Part shown: one piece after another, positions 38,673-50,730 of the stretch
Layout: each line of letters starts with the position of its first letter
Position numbering within the stretch: the stretch's first letter is position 1
Assembly: GCF_006345805.1 (NCBI RefSeq)
Contig: NC_043008.1
Location: forward strand, 26,722,001 to 26,786,000
Source: Octopus sinensis
Taxonomy: Eukaryota
Direction of reading: 5' to 3'
DNA: 64,000 nt
Notes under the pieces: generated by a model
The model's database searches: none
What the model was told of the DNA's origin: nothing
The model's input: only the letters and a program-made list of their open reading frames with translations
Position numbers and translations under genes: made by a program

Positions 38673-40481
38673 TGTTGTGAAAGGATCCTGACCATCCTCA
38701 AGTGACCAAAATTGGACTGGCACATTTCAATTAATAAAGACTGTGTGAACTGTCAGCAGTTGACAGTAGGCAGTTGACAGCTTTTATCATTCATATTGGA
38801 TTACTTATTAGATATTGTATCTATGTTTGGCATAGTAGAGAGCATGTTCTGTATGAATATATTAATTCTGTGAAAGATTATTCTAGATAACCATATCCAA
38901 ATATTTATTTGGGTAATACTATTCCTACACCAAATCTGCACATCCCAGCATCATCATAACATTATGGTAATAAGATATTCAAACCCACAATAAGATATTC
39001 AAACCCACAATAAGATATTCAAACCCATTTTGGCAATGAGGATGAGATCTTTAATAAGAAGTTAAGTGTACTGGCCAAGAATAGACCGTGACATTGAAGT
39101 GAAAGCATGTAGAGGTTGTGAGCTAGCAGCAAAATCACCTACCACTAAATGGCAACTGTAGCCAAAAGAATATTCTATGGTCCAGACTGCATGTTGATTT
39201 TGTAGGGGCACTTTAGGTTTCATATTATCTTGTGGTTGACAATTTTTCAAGGTGGCCTGAAGTGCATAAGTGTAAAAAGCCAACATCTGTGGTTACAGTA
39301 AGTTTTTACGTGAATTGTTTGCCAGATATGATATTCTGGACACCATTGTGTCTGATAATGGAACTTAGTTCACTTTAGATGAGTTAAAAAAATTTTATAA
39401 AATGTTTGTTATCGAATTGTGACCACTCCACGGTATCATTCTAGGTCAAATGGACAGGCAGTGTTTTCTTTACACTTTTAAGAAGGTTTTAAAAAAGGTA
39501 AACAATGAAGCAATGGATGACTTAATACTTCAACAATTTCTAAGAATGTACCAAGTAACATCTAATCCAAACAACCCATCTGGAATGTCACTTGCGGAAT
39601 TAATGTTTGCTAGAAAAATCAGATCTGTTTTGACAAGTTGATACCGAGTAAAAGAAGAAAAATGCCTAACAACAAATATACTTCAAAATTCTTCAAGATA
39701 CGTACAATGTTTTTTTTTTTATATATCATATAGATATGGTAAAGAAAACTGGGAGGATAGTGAAGTTATTAAGCAAATTGCAAAAATATTCAATAATAAA
39801 TCTCTGAGTGAGATGTAAACAGTAGCAGCACAGAAGCATCGTCCCATATGGATCAACCACATTTAGGTGGCAAATATACTTCACTATGCAAAAATATTAT
39901 TCTTGGTAAAAAGAAAAAATTTAAAACATAAATGACATATAAACCAACTTTAAAAAATTGTATGTAAGAAATGGTCATGGGAGATGAAATCCCATGAAAG
40001 TATTGAACGACACATTTGAGGTACCAACACCCAAACAAATTGAAACTTCTTGTTCAAGTAACAGAATAAGGAAAAGAATGGAAGTACTGGAATTAAACCA
40101 TAAGTGTAAGAGATATTAAAACTCTGGACAGTTTAATTCTCTAAAAGGGAGATGCTGTGGAAGGATCCAGACCCCCCTCCCACACATGACCAAAAGTGGA
40201 CTGACACATTTCAATAAAATAAAGAAACTGAACTGTCAGCAGTTGACAGCAGGCAGTGGGCATTGTTGATTGTTCATATTGGATTACTGTGTTAGTTTGA
40301 TATCGTATCTATGTTTGGCATAGTACAGAGCATGTTCTGTGTGAATATATTAATTCTGTGAAAGGTTATTCTAGATAATTGTATCCAAATATTTATTTGG
40401 GTAATACTATTCCGACACTAAATTTGCACACCCCAACATCATCATAACATTATTGGCAACGAGATATTCAAGCCCATGACA
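38673..40481 (+). mobile_element. Internally deleted Gypsy/Ty3 LTR retrotransposon: LTR, integrase remnant, PPT, LTR
   Basis: Direct repeats at 38673-~38990 and 40153-40481 both start with TG. The PPT aaaagggaga is at 40143-40152. The integrase remnant reads YWPRIDRDIE..KACRGC.LAAKSP, W.RLHVDFVG, KWPEV-like, LFARY...DTIVSDNGT and YH.RSNGQA. Confidence 0.9.
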
Positions 40482-40599
40482 TAACACAAATATACTGTAA
40501 TTTATGCCTTGTCCCATTCAAATCCTTTTTAGTGTCATGAGGGTGCCATTGTGTCATACACCCTGCCTTGGGTAGTCTTAGAGTTGGCAAAGCCCATTC

Positions 40600-41995
40600 C
40601 TGTGCTGGTCTGATCATAGCTGATTTCTTCCACAGTCAAACAGAGACACTGAGTGAGAAAAAAAGAAGAATAATGCCCTCCCCACAACTGGTATAGGAAT
40701 GCTACCTTGTTTGTCAGCTTGAAAATGATCAAAAGGCTTGAATATATTTGGAGACATACAAATATGTGTGTGTTTGTACAAGAGGAGTATATGTAGGAAA
40801 TGTACAAAGTTAAGAGTAAGCTGCTGTATTTAGCAATCACTGACAAGAGGAAACGTTCAACAGAATCCCTCATTCAATGATCTGGTAAAGTCTGAAGAAG
40901 CTGGGAATTGACCAATACTTTTAAGAGCCATACAAGTTGTATACAGGAGTGCTTTCAGCTCAGGGACAGTTAGAGAATGCAGCAACAATTTAGTGTAAAG
41001 TAAGGATCTACCAGTGAGCTGTATCCAGTTCCCTTCTATTTATCATAATCCTTCAACTTGTAGCCAACAAATTAAAAACTGGATATCCATGGGAAGTTCT
41101 ATTTGCTGATGGTTCTGTTTTTATATCTGTAATAGGTTTAGGAAAATAATTTCTGGCATGGGAAGAAAATATGGAATCAAAAGGCTTCAAAGTTAACTTA
41201 GCAATGAAGGAAAACAGATAGAATCCTGCTATCATCCTTAAAAAGGCTTTGCTTGATATGTTGAAAAGATGTTGGTACACATTTAGTGCAGTTTTCTTGA
41301 TGCAAACTATGGAATCACAAAAAATACAGTAAAATCAAGGGCAAGCTGACAAAGAAAGCAAAGTTTGTATGTGACACAGGTAGAAGTGTAGTAACCACTA
41401 AATGTACACAGGAAATAGATGCCACAATCACTTAGAAGGATCCGTAATGATAGTAAGTATTTTGTTTACTTGGTGACCTCAGTAGCAGTGGTGGAGGATG
41501 TTTTGAAAATACCATGGCCAGAGTAAGAACAGGCTACAGAAAACTCTGGAAGTTACTTCTTATGGTAATGAAAGGTTTCTCTCTTAAAGTGAAAGGCAGA
41601 CTGTATGATACCTGGTATATGAACTGCAATGTTGCATGGTAGTGAAACATGGATCTTGCATGCAGAGAGCCTGCAAAGAGAAAAAGGCATAAAGCAGGCA
41701 TGCTCTGGTGGATGTGTAACATCAGTGGGCACGAACGACAAAGTACAAATGGGTTGAGAGAAAAACTGAGCATAAGTGGAATCACATGTAGTGTGCAAGA
41801 GAAAAGATTGCATTGGTTTGGACATTTGATGTGTATGGGCAATGATAGTTATATAGAAATGTTGATTGTTGACAGAAGAGAGAACCTTTGGAAAAGGGAA
41901 ACCAAGCAATACACATGATAAGATGGTGAAGGATGCTCACAGGATTTTGAACTTCATAGAGGAGATGAAAAAAGACTGAAGTGATTGGTAATAGT
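40600..41995 (+). mobile_element. Highly degenerate RTE LINE copy
   Basis: LYLA..D...F.R.PHS.IW..LKKLGID, PWEVLFADG (YADD region), SKGFKVNLA, LKVKGRLYD, MLHGSETW and MLWWMCNIS. Confidence 0.8.
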
Positions 41996-42921
41996 AGTGC
42001 TAGCATGGCATGATCGAATTTCTGAAAACATAATGTGCATGCAGACAAATGTGACATGTGTATGCGCATCATGCATATACCTGGATCCCTTATTCAATAT
42101 AAACTATTTTCTTTCTCTCGGAATGACTATTGACATGTTTTTGAACAACAAAGACGAATAAAGGTATATTAAATACTCTACAAGAGATATTCTTTCTTTA
42201 TTTATTTCTTTCATCTATACTTCTATGGATGGTAGAACTGTCACTTAGCGGCAACTGGGATGATAAAGTGAGATAATCTGAATAATAAAGAAATTCTCCA
42301 AAATTGACATGCTATTAAGGAAATGAAAGTCTGTCTAGATAAAAGACAGCAGCTTTGAATCTCTGTTTCTACTGCAACAAATGTTATCAACACAGTAGCA
42401 GTCCAATGTTATCTCTAGCAGATATAACACAAAGACACACACACATGTACACAAGTATATTTTGCATATAAGTCCATTCTTGGTTCACTGTCAATGAATA
42501 AACTCAATGTATAGTTAAACTGTGTCTTGTAAAATTCATGCGTTGTTATCATTTGTACCACTCACAGTTATTTAGTTTTCTACCTTATATGTCTTCATGA
42601 AGTACACTTGTGGTATTTACACTATCTCTGTAAGACAAAGGCTTAACTTGTAAATATGTTTACTTACTTTCCTTTGTACATTTCAACCACTTTGTATTCT
42701 ATGCATCATAGCCAGCTGCAAGTTATAGCATGGTTTCATTATAATTTCCTTCGTGTACTGACTAAAGAAGCAGAAAATTGTAAAAACATCTAGATGTACC
42801 AGAAATGTTCCTTAAGTTAAATAGAAAAATATTCATTTTTTGTGGTTCTGTTAAATATTTTAATCATCCATCCATTCATCCTTCCAGCCAAACATGCATA
42901 TTAATATACATGTATATGTAT

Positions 42922-43070
42922 CATCATCATCGTTTAACGTCCGATGCCCTTCCTAATGCCAACCACTCCGTAAGTGTAGTGGGTGCTTTTTACGTGTCAC
43001 CAGCACAGGTGCCAGACATGGCTGGCAAACGGCCACGATCGGATGGTGCTTTTTACGTGCCACTGGCACG
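42922..43070 (-). mobile_element. Internally deleted RTE 3' UTR fragment
   Basis: catcatcatcgtttaacgtccg is joined directly to atgcccttcctaatgccaaccactccg, followed by minisatellite units. Confidence 0.85.
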
Positions 43071-43893
43071 GTGTATATATATATATAAATATACATATAT
43101 ATGTATATATACATGCAAATGTACGTATGCATGCTCTGTGCATGCTTGTGTGCTTAGATAAACATGAAAATGATGAGGCATATTTTTAATACCTTTAAAT
43201 GTGACATTGTCCATTTTCCAGACATGTTAATATCCAAGATGACACTTGTTACACATTTTATCTTAGCCATTATGTCAATCATAAATTTTAAGCTAGGAAA
43301 TATTCTTGCTTTTGCATTTATTTAAGCAGAAGTATGTCTCTTCCCCCATCATGAACTCTCTCATAAACATAATTGGCAGTCATGAATAAGCTAACTCCTT
43401 TTACAATCTCATTTGACATAGCCTTGCAAAAAACTCTTCTAGTTTAAACTAACACATTTTCTATTCTGTTTTCCATTTGCTGCTGCCAATTATTGGCTTG
43501 TAAACATTTTGACTATAAAAATATGAACATATCTAAAACATGTAAAAACATTAGCATATGAACAGCATTTCAAGAATGATTTCAGCAACATATATTTTAA
43601 TTGACTTTGTCAAACATGTAAATGCTTATGTACCTGCTGACAAACATTTATTTAAACTTGGCATGATTGATGTAAAATAGAAATTGTTAAGTTCTATGCT
43701 GAATTCTGTGCTATTTCAAAACTGTACTCACAAGCCACAAACTGTCCATGTGCTTATTGAATTATTCAATGGACAGGATCTGAAAAGGTCAAATTTCTCT
43801 TGGTGTGTATAAATGAACAATCTGCAATAGTAGTCATCTGTATGTATGTATATATATATATCTGTAAATGTAATATGTGACAGTTATTCGGTA

Positions 43894-43948
<55 letters not shown>

Positions 43949-43986
43949 ATGTATGTATGTATGCATGTATGTATATATACACACAT

Positions 43987-44032
<46 letters not shown>

Positions 44033-44144
44033 TATATATTATATATATATATATACATATACATGAATACATAATACAAACAATCGGTAATACTTGTCAT
44101 CTATCTATCTATTCGTCTCTCTATCAACTATACCTATATTTTGC

Positions 44145-44590
44145 ACCTTTTTTCGGAATATCTCAAAGTATGAAATATTCTGTCATCGGAGACAAATAGG
44201 GAAAAATGTGAGGGGTATAGATTAATGAAATGATGACGCTGAGTACAAGAGAAAGGGAATGAAGAAATGAAGAAAAAGAAGAAAAAAGATGCATAGAAAT
44301 TCACAGTTCCACTTTCTGATAGCGTAGACGTTAGTCCGTACGTCCTTTGTGTATATCTATATATGGTTATAGCCTTAATAGTGTAAATATCCATAGAATA
44401 AATGCAAATGTATCGAAGTTTCATAAGAGAATGGTAGTAGAGTAAGCGTTCATTTGATGGATATTTACACTATCAAGGCTATAACCATATAGCCTCATTT
44501 CATTAATCTATATCCCTCACATTTTCCCTGTTTGTCTCTGATGATGGAATATCTGATATTTTGGAATATCCCAGAAACAGCTGTACGACT
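44145..44590. repeat. Inverted-repeat cassette (arms ~44145-44232/44495-44585 and ~44360-44392/44457-44490)
   Basis: Reverse-complement arms read by eye, flanked by (TA)n tracts. Confidence 0.8.
44534..44589 (+). ncRNA. Minimal hammerhead motif, core intact, first stem I pair mismatched
   Basis: GUCU CUGAUGA UGGAAUAU..AUAUCCCA GAAAC AGCU GUA CGAC, with the palindromic stem III region ACAGCUGU. Confidence 0.6.
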
Positions 44591-44769
44591 TTGAATTTTT
44601 CCAATAATAATACTAACATATATGAGATGTTTGTCTTGCCTTCACGTTTGTTGTCCTCTTTAACAATTATATATATGTAGGTATATGAACAATCTGTAAT
44701 ATTTGTCATATATAATATATATAAATATAATGGATGTATCTATGTATGTATGCGCGTATAAATATATGG

Positions 44770-45237
44770 ATGGTGGAAGTGTGTACAGTGGTTGTTTGAG
44801 GTTTGAAAGTGAGAAAATGAAGCATGAAAAATTTAAGATAAGGCTTAAAAGGAACAAACTTGTGGGAAATGAGGGAGTGTTGCTTTTTGTACATGTGATT
44901 TGTGGGGGGGGAGATGCTTGAGTTGTGCAAGCCTGGTCAGCCATCAGAGACTTCACCGGAATTGGCCCATTGTAAATTGTGATATGGCTATTGTTCACAA
45001 AAGAACGTGTGAAACCTGTGGAAAAGTGTGCCCCTCAGTTGGAGGATTGGAAAGGCATGTCAAAAGAGTTCATGCTGTGGCACCTGTTCCTACTGTCACC
45101 CAGCACAGCTGTGTGTTATGCAATAGACTGTGCAAATCTTTGACCGGGCTCAAGAGTCATTAATGGGCCTCACATTGCATCAACAATGATTCTTTCTAGC
45201 AATGGATTTGTTTGTATACGAGAGAGCAGCTAAGATA
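44770..45237 (+). mobile_element. 3' end of an RTE-type LINE with three C-terminal C2H2 fingers (copy 2)
   Basis: GSVYSGCLRFESEKMKHEKFKIRLKR (RTE C-terminal helix), then (H)VICG.RCLS.ASLVSHQRLH across a frameshift in a G run, CETCGKVCPSVGGLERHVKRVH and CVLCNRLCKSLTGLKSH. Confidence 0.75.
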
Positions 45238-45506
45238 TATATGTAAGTATGTATAGGAGCAATCTATATTATGTCATATATATATATATGTATATATATA
45301 TAAATAGGTGAATGAATTATCCTATGTTTATCGTCAGCATGAAAAATTCGTTGAACTGAAACCAGGGTAGCAAATTCACGTCAGAAACACGGTTGAAGCG
45401 ACCTGTCCAAGGGTAGAAACTCCGGGTTCATCTGCAGAAGTTTGTGTGTTGAATATGAATAAAGGAAAGAATGGAGTCGAACGAAGATGTTAACAAAATT
45501 CCTTTA

Positions 45507-45588
45507 CTCTCGACATATGTTTCGAAGACAACATGGTTTCATTCCAAAGGAATAAAGGGTGCATTATGCAATCTTCTCATCAGGAAAG
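45507..45588 (-). ncRNA. Type I hammerhead motif with extended stem II (intact)
   Basis: Reverse complement of 45978-46059, identical across the motif. Confidence 0.75.
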
Positions 45589-45977
45589 AAAGGGAGCCTC
45601 TTTAGAGAAGTTCTCTAAAGTTCCCCTTGTAAACACACTGATAGAAAAATCATACAAATGTAAACACTGGCAGAAACATACTTTCTACTCATATATATGA
45701 TAACGATAGTCACTGTGGTTTGAACAATTAGCTTAACGTGCACTCCACTTCAATAGCGAATTTCTTTCCTAGGCCTTCGAACATTCTTTCAATCAACGTA
45801 CCCTTCCCTCTCCACTTGTTCCCTACCTATTATTCCTTTAACCCTTCTCTTCCTACTATCTATCTTTGACGTCAATTCTTCTAACGGTTTTTTTAAAAAC
45901 ACTCATTATCGTTTTGTTTACCATGTAGGCAGTCATCGAAATTTTTGTTTGTCTTGTTGTCGAGAGAGGCTCCCTTT

Positions 45978-46059
45978 CTTTCCTGATGAGAAGATTGCAT
46001 AATGCACCCTTTATTCCTTTGGAATGAAACCATGTTGTCTTCGAAACATATGTCGAGAG
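45978..46059 (+). ncRNA. Type I hammerhead motif with extended stem II (intact)
   Basis: CUUUC CUGAUGA GAAGA [43 nt] UCUUC GAAAC AUAU GUC GAGAG. Stem I is CUUUC/GAGAG and extends to CCUUU/AAAGG, the stem III region ACAUAUGU is palindromic, and the triplet is GUC. Confidence 0.75.
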
Positions 46060-46099
46060 TAAAGGAATTTTGTTAACATTTTCGTTCGACTCCATTCTT

Positions 46100-46101
46100 T
46101 C

Positions 46102-46152
<51 letters not shown>

Positions 46153-46241
46153 ATATATATATACACATACATATATAAATACATACATATATATAAATAT
46201 TATGTATATATATGTATATATAATGTATGTTTATATACATG

Positions 46242-46287
<46 letters not shown>

Positions 46288-46360
46288 CATATATAAATAC
46301 ATACATATATATAAATATTATGTATATATATGTATATATAATGTATGTTTATATACATGC

Positions 46361-46391
<31 letters not shown>

Positions 46392-46392
46392 G
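46100..46392. repeat. (TA)n/(TACA)n compound microsatellite with an internal block duplication
   Basis: The block atataaatacatacatatatataaatattatgtata... occurs twice. Confidence 0.9.
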
Positions 46393-46419
46393 GTATAGCA
46401 TGTGAGAGAAAGAAAATGT

Positions 46420-46765
46420 AATTCATGAGACTTTATTATTCACTGATTGTTTTGATCCATTGTGCATTGGTGTTTCGTGGTTGAGATACTATACAAACAG
46501 TTGTAGTGCATCATTGGGTGCAGATGTGTCTCATTAGATGACTTGTCAAAAGGATCATTGCTTTTTAACAACCACGAAAATTTATTCTAATTTAAATAAG
46601 CAAAACAGAGATTTAAAAAGGTGGTGTCTTTTGACAAGTCACCTGACGAAATGCTTTTGCACCCATGATGCACCACAGCTGTTTGTACAGTACTTCACCT
46701 TTGAGGGATCAATGCACAATGGATAGAAATGATCTAAGTAAATAATAAAGGCTCTTGTGAATTCT
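46420..46765. repeat. Older inverted repeat (arms ~46420-46555 and ~46627-46763)
   Basis: Reverse-complement arms with mismatches. CUGACGA at 46643-46649 has no matching GAAA. Confidence 0.75.
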
Positions 46766-47021
46766 ATTTTCTTTCTCATATTTTATGCACACTACAGACA
46801 CAAAGGGATTCCTAAAGTAAATCTAAAGGCATTTAAATCCCTACTGTTGATATCAGATACCTGAATATAGTGAATGGACTTTAAACAGAATGCTACAAGG
46901 TGTATGCCCGAATTTAAAATTATTACTTATAAATAATGCAAGTGCATTATACAAGGAATATTTCTAATATTTCTAATTTTGTGTAAGTCTCTCTGAGAGA
47001 TTTAGAAATGCAATATTTCTA

Positions 47022-47077
<56 letters not shown>

Positions 47078-47418
47078 ACGCTGATATATGACCTAAGTTG
47101 GACCCCTTATTTGCATAATCACAGAATCTGGAACTTAGCTATGGTCTATCCATTGCACTTATTCAGCATTACCTGACAACTTTGGGTCTCACTGACACCA
47201 TTACCTCTCACAACCTATATATATATATATATATATATAGAAATATTTTATAATTATAAACTTAATTATAATTAGGGTTCAGCTAAATGCTTCACCATAT
47301 ACAGAATTTAGAAATAGGAGTTAAAATTCCTTTTCTACTACTATTAGAATCCCCATGATGGTAACATACATTTTTACGACAGTAAAGAGAAAAACAATGA
47401 ATCAACACGACCAGGATT

Positions 47419-47480
47419 AACTATATATGCGTTTCGAGATTAAAGTGATTTAAATTTTACTTACTTCTCTCTTCAGTATA
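47419..47480 (-). ncRNA. Degenerate hammerhead-like motif
   Basis: Minus strand reads CUGAAGA GAGA..UCUC GAAAC GCAU AUA. Stems I and III are mismatched. Confidence 0.4.
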
Positions 47481-47554
47481 ATATTTCCAATTATAAAATT
47501 TGAAAGTGCCAGGGTTAAATATGCACACGATCGAGCAACATCATGTAACAGATG

Positions 47555-47615
<61 letters not shown>

Positions 47616-47639
47616 GTATGTATGTATATACATACATAT

Positions 47640-48100
47640 ACATCATCATCATCATCATCATCATTTAGCGTCCGTTTTCCATGCTAGCATGGGTTGGACG
47701 GTTCTACTGGGGTCTGTGAAGCCAGAAGGCTTCATCAGGCCCAGTCAAATCTGGCAGTGTTTCTACGGCTGGATGCCCTTCCTAACGCCAACCACTCCGT
47801 GAGTGTAGTGGGTGCTTTTTACGTGCCACCCGCACTGGTGCCAGACAGAGCTGGCAAACGGCCACGAACGGATGGTGCTTTTTATGTGCCACCGGCACGA
47901 GGGCCAGGCGAGGCTGGCAACGGACACGAAACGGGGCGGTGCTGGCAACGGTCGCGAAACGGAAAGTTCTCTTACATGCCACCGGCACTGGTAACACATC
48001 TGCAATTTCCATTGATCGATTTCCATTGATCGATTTCGATTCTGATCCTCACTTGCCTCAATGGGTCTTCACAAGCAGAGTCGATTTCGATTCTGATCCT
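47640..48100 (-). mobile_element. RTE 3' UTR fragment (subfamily of the 2321-4393 copy)
   Basis: (ATC)n, the terminus and minisatellite units match the reverse complement of 3960-4390. Confidence 0.9.
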
Positions 48101-48186
48101 CACATATATTCATATATATATATGTATGTATGTATATACATGCATATACATATATATATATATATTCATATATATAGTCATACGGT

Positions 48187-48889
48187 ATAGTGTATATTTA
48201 TACACATAAGGAATCCACTTAACGTGAATTCAACACATTAAAAAGAACAGCTAGGTTCTGTAAACCACAAAAATAACAGATAAAATTCGACAGGAATAAA
48301 TTCGCTGGCTACAATGAAAAACCGCCAACTTTTAACCGAAAATTATCCAAAAACTTACCGTATTTAATCATATCAAAAGGAAATGGAATTTAATTAAAAT
48401 TAAAATATTCAATCAAAATTTACATTTCCAGTGGTCTAGCCAGCGAATGGACTGCGCCTGCACAATAAAATTTGAAAAGTTAGTTCGTATGAACACGAGA
48501 CAAGTAGCCTTGTTTGTCTCCTGTTGGATATGTTTAACCCTAGGCTGGACCTTGCTGAAGAAAATCAGACCTTGTGAGTTCCCCCTGACTCGCTAAAAGA
48601 TGATCAGAAACCAATTGCTCCAGGGAACTAGTTGGTAAATGTTTTTCATTTCCAAATTTATTCCTGTCGAATTTTATCCATTATTTTTGTGGTTTACAGA
48701 ACCTAGCTGTTCTCTCTAATGTGTTGAATTTCACGCTAAGTGAAATTCCTTATGTGTATAAATATGCACTATATTGTATAACTAATATATAGTCTTCTTG
48801 ACTAATTTTTTTTGCACGTTAGACCACTGGAAATGTAAATTTTGATTGAATATTTTAATTTTAATTAAATTCCATTTCCCTTTGATATG

Positions 48890-48893
<4 letters not shown>
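48187..48893. repeat. Two inverted-repeat pairs in permuted order (A B ... A' B')
   Basis: A 48187-48302 pairs with A' 48655-48772, and B 48365-48438 pairs with B' 48820-48893. A degenerate CUGAAGA..GAAAC motif lies at 48555-48611. Confidence 0.8.
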
Positions 48894-48974
<81 letters not shown>

Positions 48975-49193
48975 ATATATCTGTAAAATAATATGTGACA
49001 ATTATTCGGTAGCCAAGATAAAACTCTGTGTTTCGGATGCCGAGGTGGAAGTCCACAACACCATATTATTTTACAGATAGATTTCCTCTATTTATATAAC
49101 CAATAATATGTGTATATCTATATATATATATATATATATTTCGTTTTGGGATTTGGTTTGCAAGATTCTTTATATGAGTTCGTGCATTGAAGC

Positions 49194-49408
49194 ATATTCT
49201 GTTGTGTCTGGGGAGAGTCATTTTCTTTTTGTGCCTTATAATGTAACACACGCACCAGTAAAATTTCCACTTTTTTCCTATTTTTATTTTCCTAAACTTT
49301 TCATTGCGTCTTGCAACCTTTTCAATAGTTTTGAGAGTCAATAGTTTTGAGTGTGTTACATTATAAGGCACAACAAGAAAATGACTCTCCCCAGACACAA
49401 CAGAATAT
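49194..49408. repeat. Inverted repeat with ~58-bp arms
   Basis: atattctgttgtgtctggggagagtcattttc...gtaacacac versus its reverse complement at 49351-49408. Confidence 0.85.
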
Positions 49409-49501
49409 ATATATATGCATATTTAATTAATTAATTAATGAAGGATAAAACCATTTAATGATTCTATCAAGTGGCTCGCATGTTGACTCCATTTAGGAAA
49501 A

Positions 49502-49667
49502 TATTTATACTGATATATCATTATAAAGATATAATTATAGCACAAGGGTATGTGTAGGCACAGAGTATGCATAGAATTTTTAGCATTTATTTCAAACATG
49601 TTGGTGTCTCTACACATACCCTTGTGCTATAATTATATCTATATAATTATCTATCAGTACATAAATA
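49502..49667. repeat. Inverted repeat with ~55-bp arms
   Basis: gatataattatagcacaagggtatgtgtag versus ctacacatacccttgtgctataattatatc. Confidence 0.8.
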
Positions 49668-49669
49668 TA

Positions 49670-49963
49670 CATATATAGATATATATATATAATATATATA
49701 TATATGTATATATATTTATATGTATATATATATACATGTATATATATATATGTATATATATATATATGTATGTATATATATATGTATGTATATATATATG
49801 TATGTATATATATATGTATGTATATATATATGTATGTATATATATATGTATATAAATATATGTATATATATATGTATATATATATGTATATATATATGTA
49901 TATATATATATATGTATATATATGTATATATATATATGTATATATATATGTATTATATATATG

Positions 49964-49996
<33 letters not shown>

Positions 49997-50177
49997 GTAT
50001 ATATATATATGTATATGTATATATATATATGTATATATATATATGTTATATATATATATGTATATAATATATATGTATATATATATGTATATATATATAT
50101 GTATATATATATATATGTATTATATATATATATGTATATATATATATGTATATATATATGTATATATTATATATATG

Positions 50178-50226
<49 letters not shown>

Positions 50227-50308
50227 GTATATGTATATATATATATGTATATATGTATATATGTATATATATATATGTTATATGTATATATATATATGTA
50301 TATATATG

Positions 50309-50339
<31 letters not shown>

Positions 50340-50353
50340 GTTATATATATATG

Positions 50354-50385
<32 letters not shown>

Positions 50386-50479
50386 TGTATATGTGTATAT
50401 ATATATATATGTATATATAGTATATATATATATACATATATGTATATATATATATACATATATACATATATATATATAT

Positions 50480-50525
<46 letters not shown>
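49670..50525. repeat. ~850-bp (TA)n/(TATG)n microsatellite
   Basis: Direct tandem repeats. The 238-aa and 226-aa ORFs are repeat translations. Confidence 0.95.
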
Positions 50526-50527
<2 letters not shown>

Positions 50528-50730
50528 CTGCATGTCTTTGTGTCGCTGTTTGTACCCCACTACTGCTCAACAACCGTTATTGATATGTTTACATTCCCAT
50601 AACTTAGTGGTTCGGCAAAAGAGACTTATAGAATAAGTACCGGGCTTTGAAAAATAAGTGCCGGGGTCAAGGATGTGCTCCAGGTTGGTCAGAGTCAAAA
50701 ATCATTGAAACAAATAAAAGATAACAGGTA
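50528..50730 (+). mobile_element. SINE family A, 3' half
   Basis: cccataacttagtggttcggcaaaagagac..gaataagtacc..gaaacaaataaaagataa. Confidence 0.75.

Larger units (their letters stand above)
45465..46100. repeat. Inverted repeat (arms ~45465-45601 and ~45965-46100), Penelope-like end cassette
   Basis: Arms are near-identical reverse complements, and the whole cassette sits between (TA)n tracts. Confidence 0.9.

Noticed and set aside
44900-45163. Host C2H2 zinc-finger gene
   Set aside because: It lacks TGEKP linkers, is preceded by an RTE-type C-terminus, has a retroelement-like tail and has a second dispersed copy.
49704-50602. 238-aa and 226-aa Y/I/M-rich ORFs, and the many similar ORFs elsewhere
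   Set aside because: These are translations of (TA)n/(TATG)n/(CA)n microsatellites.
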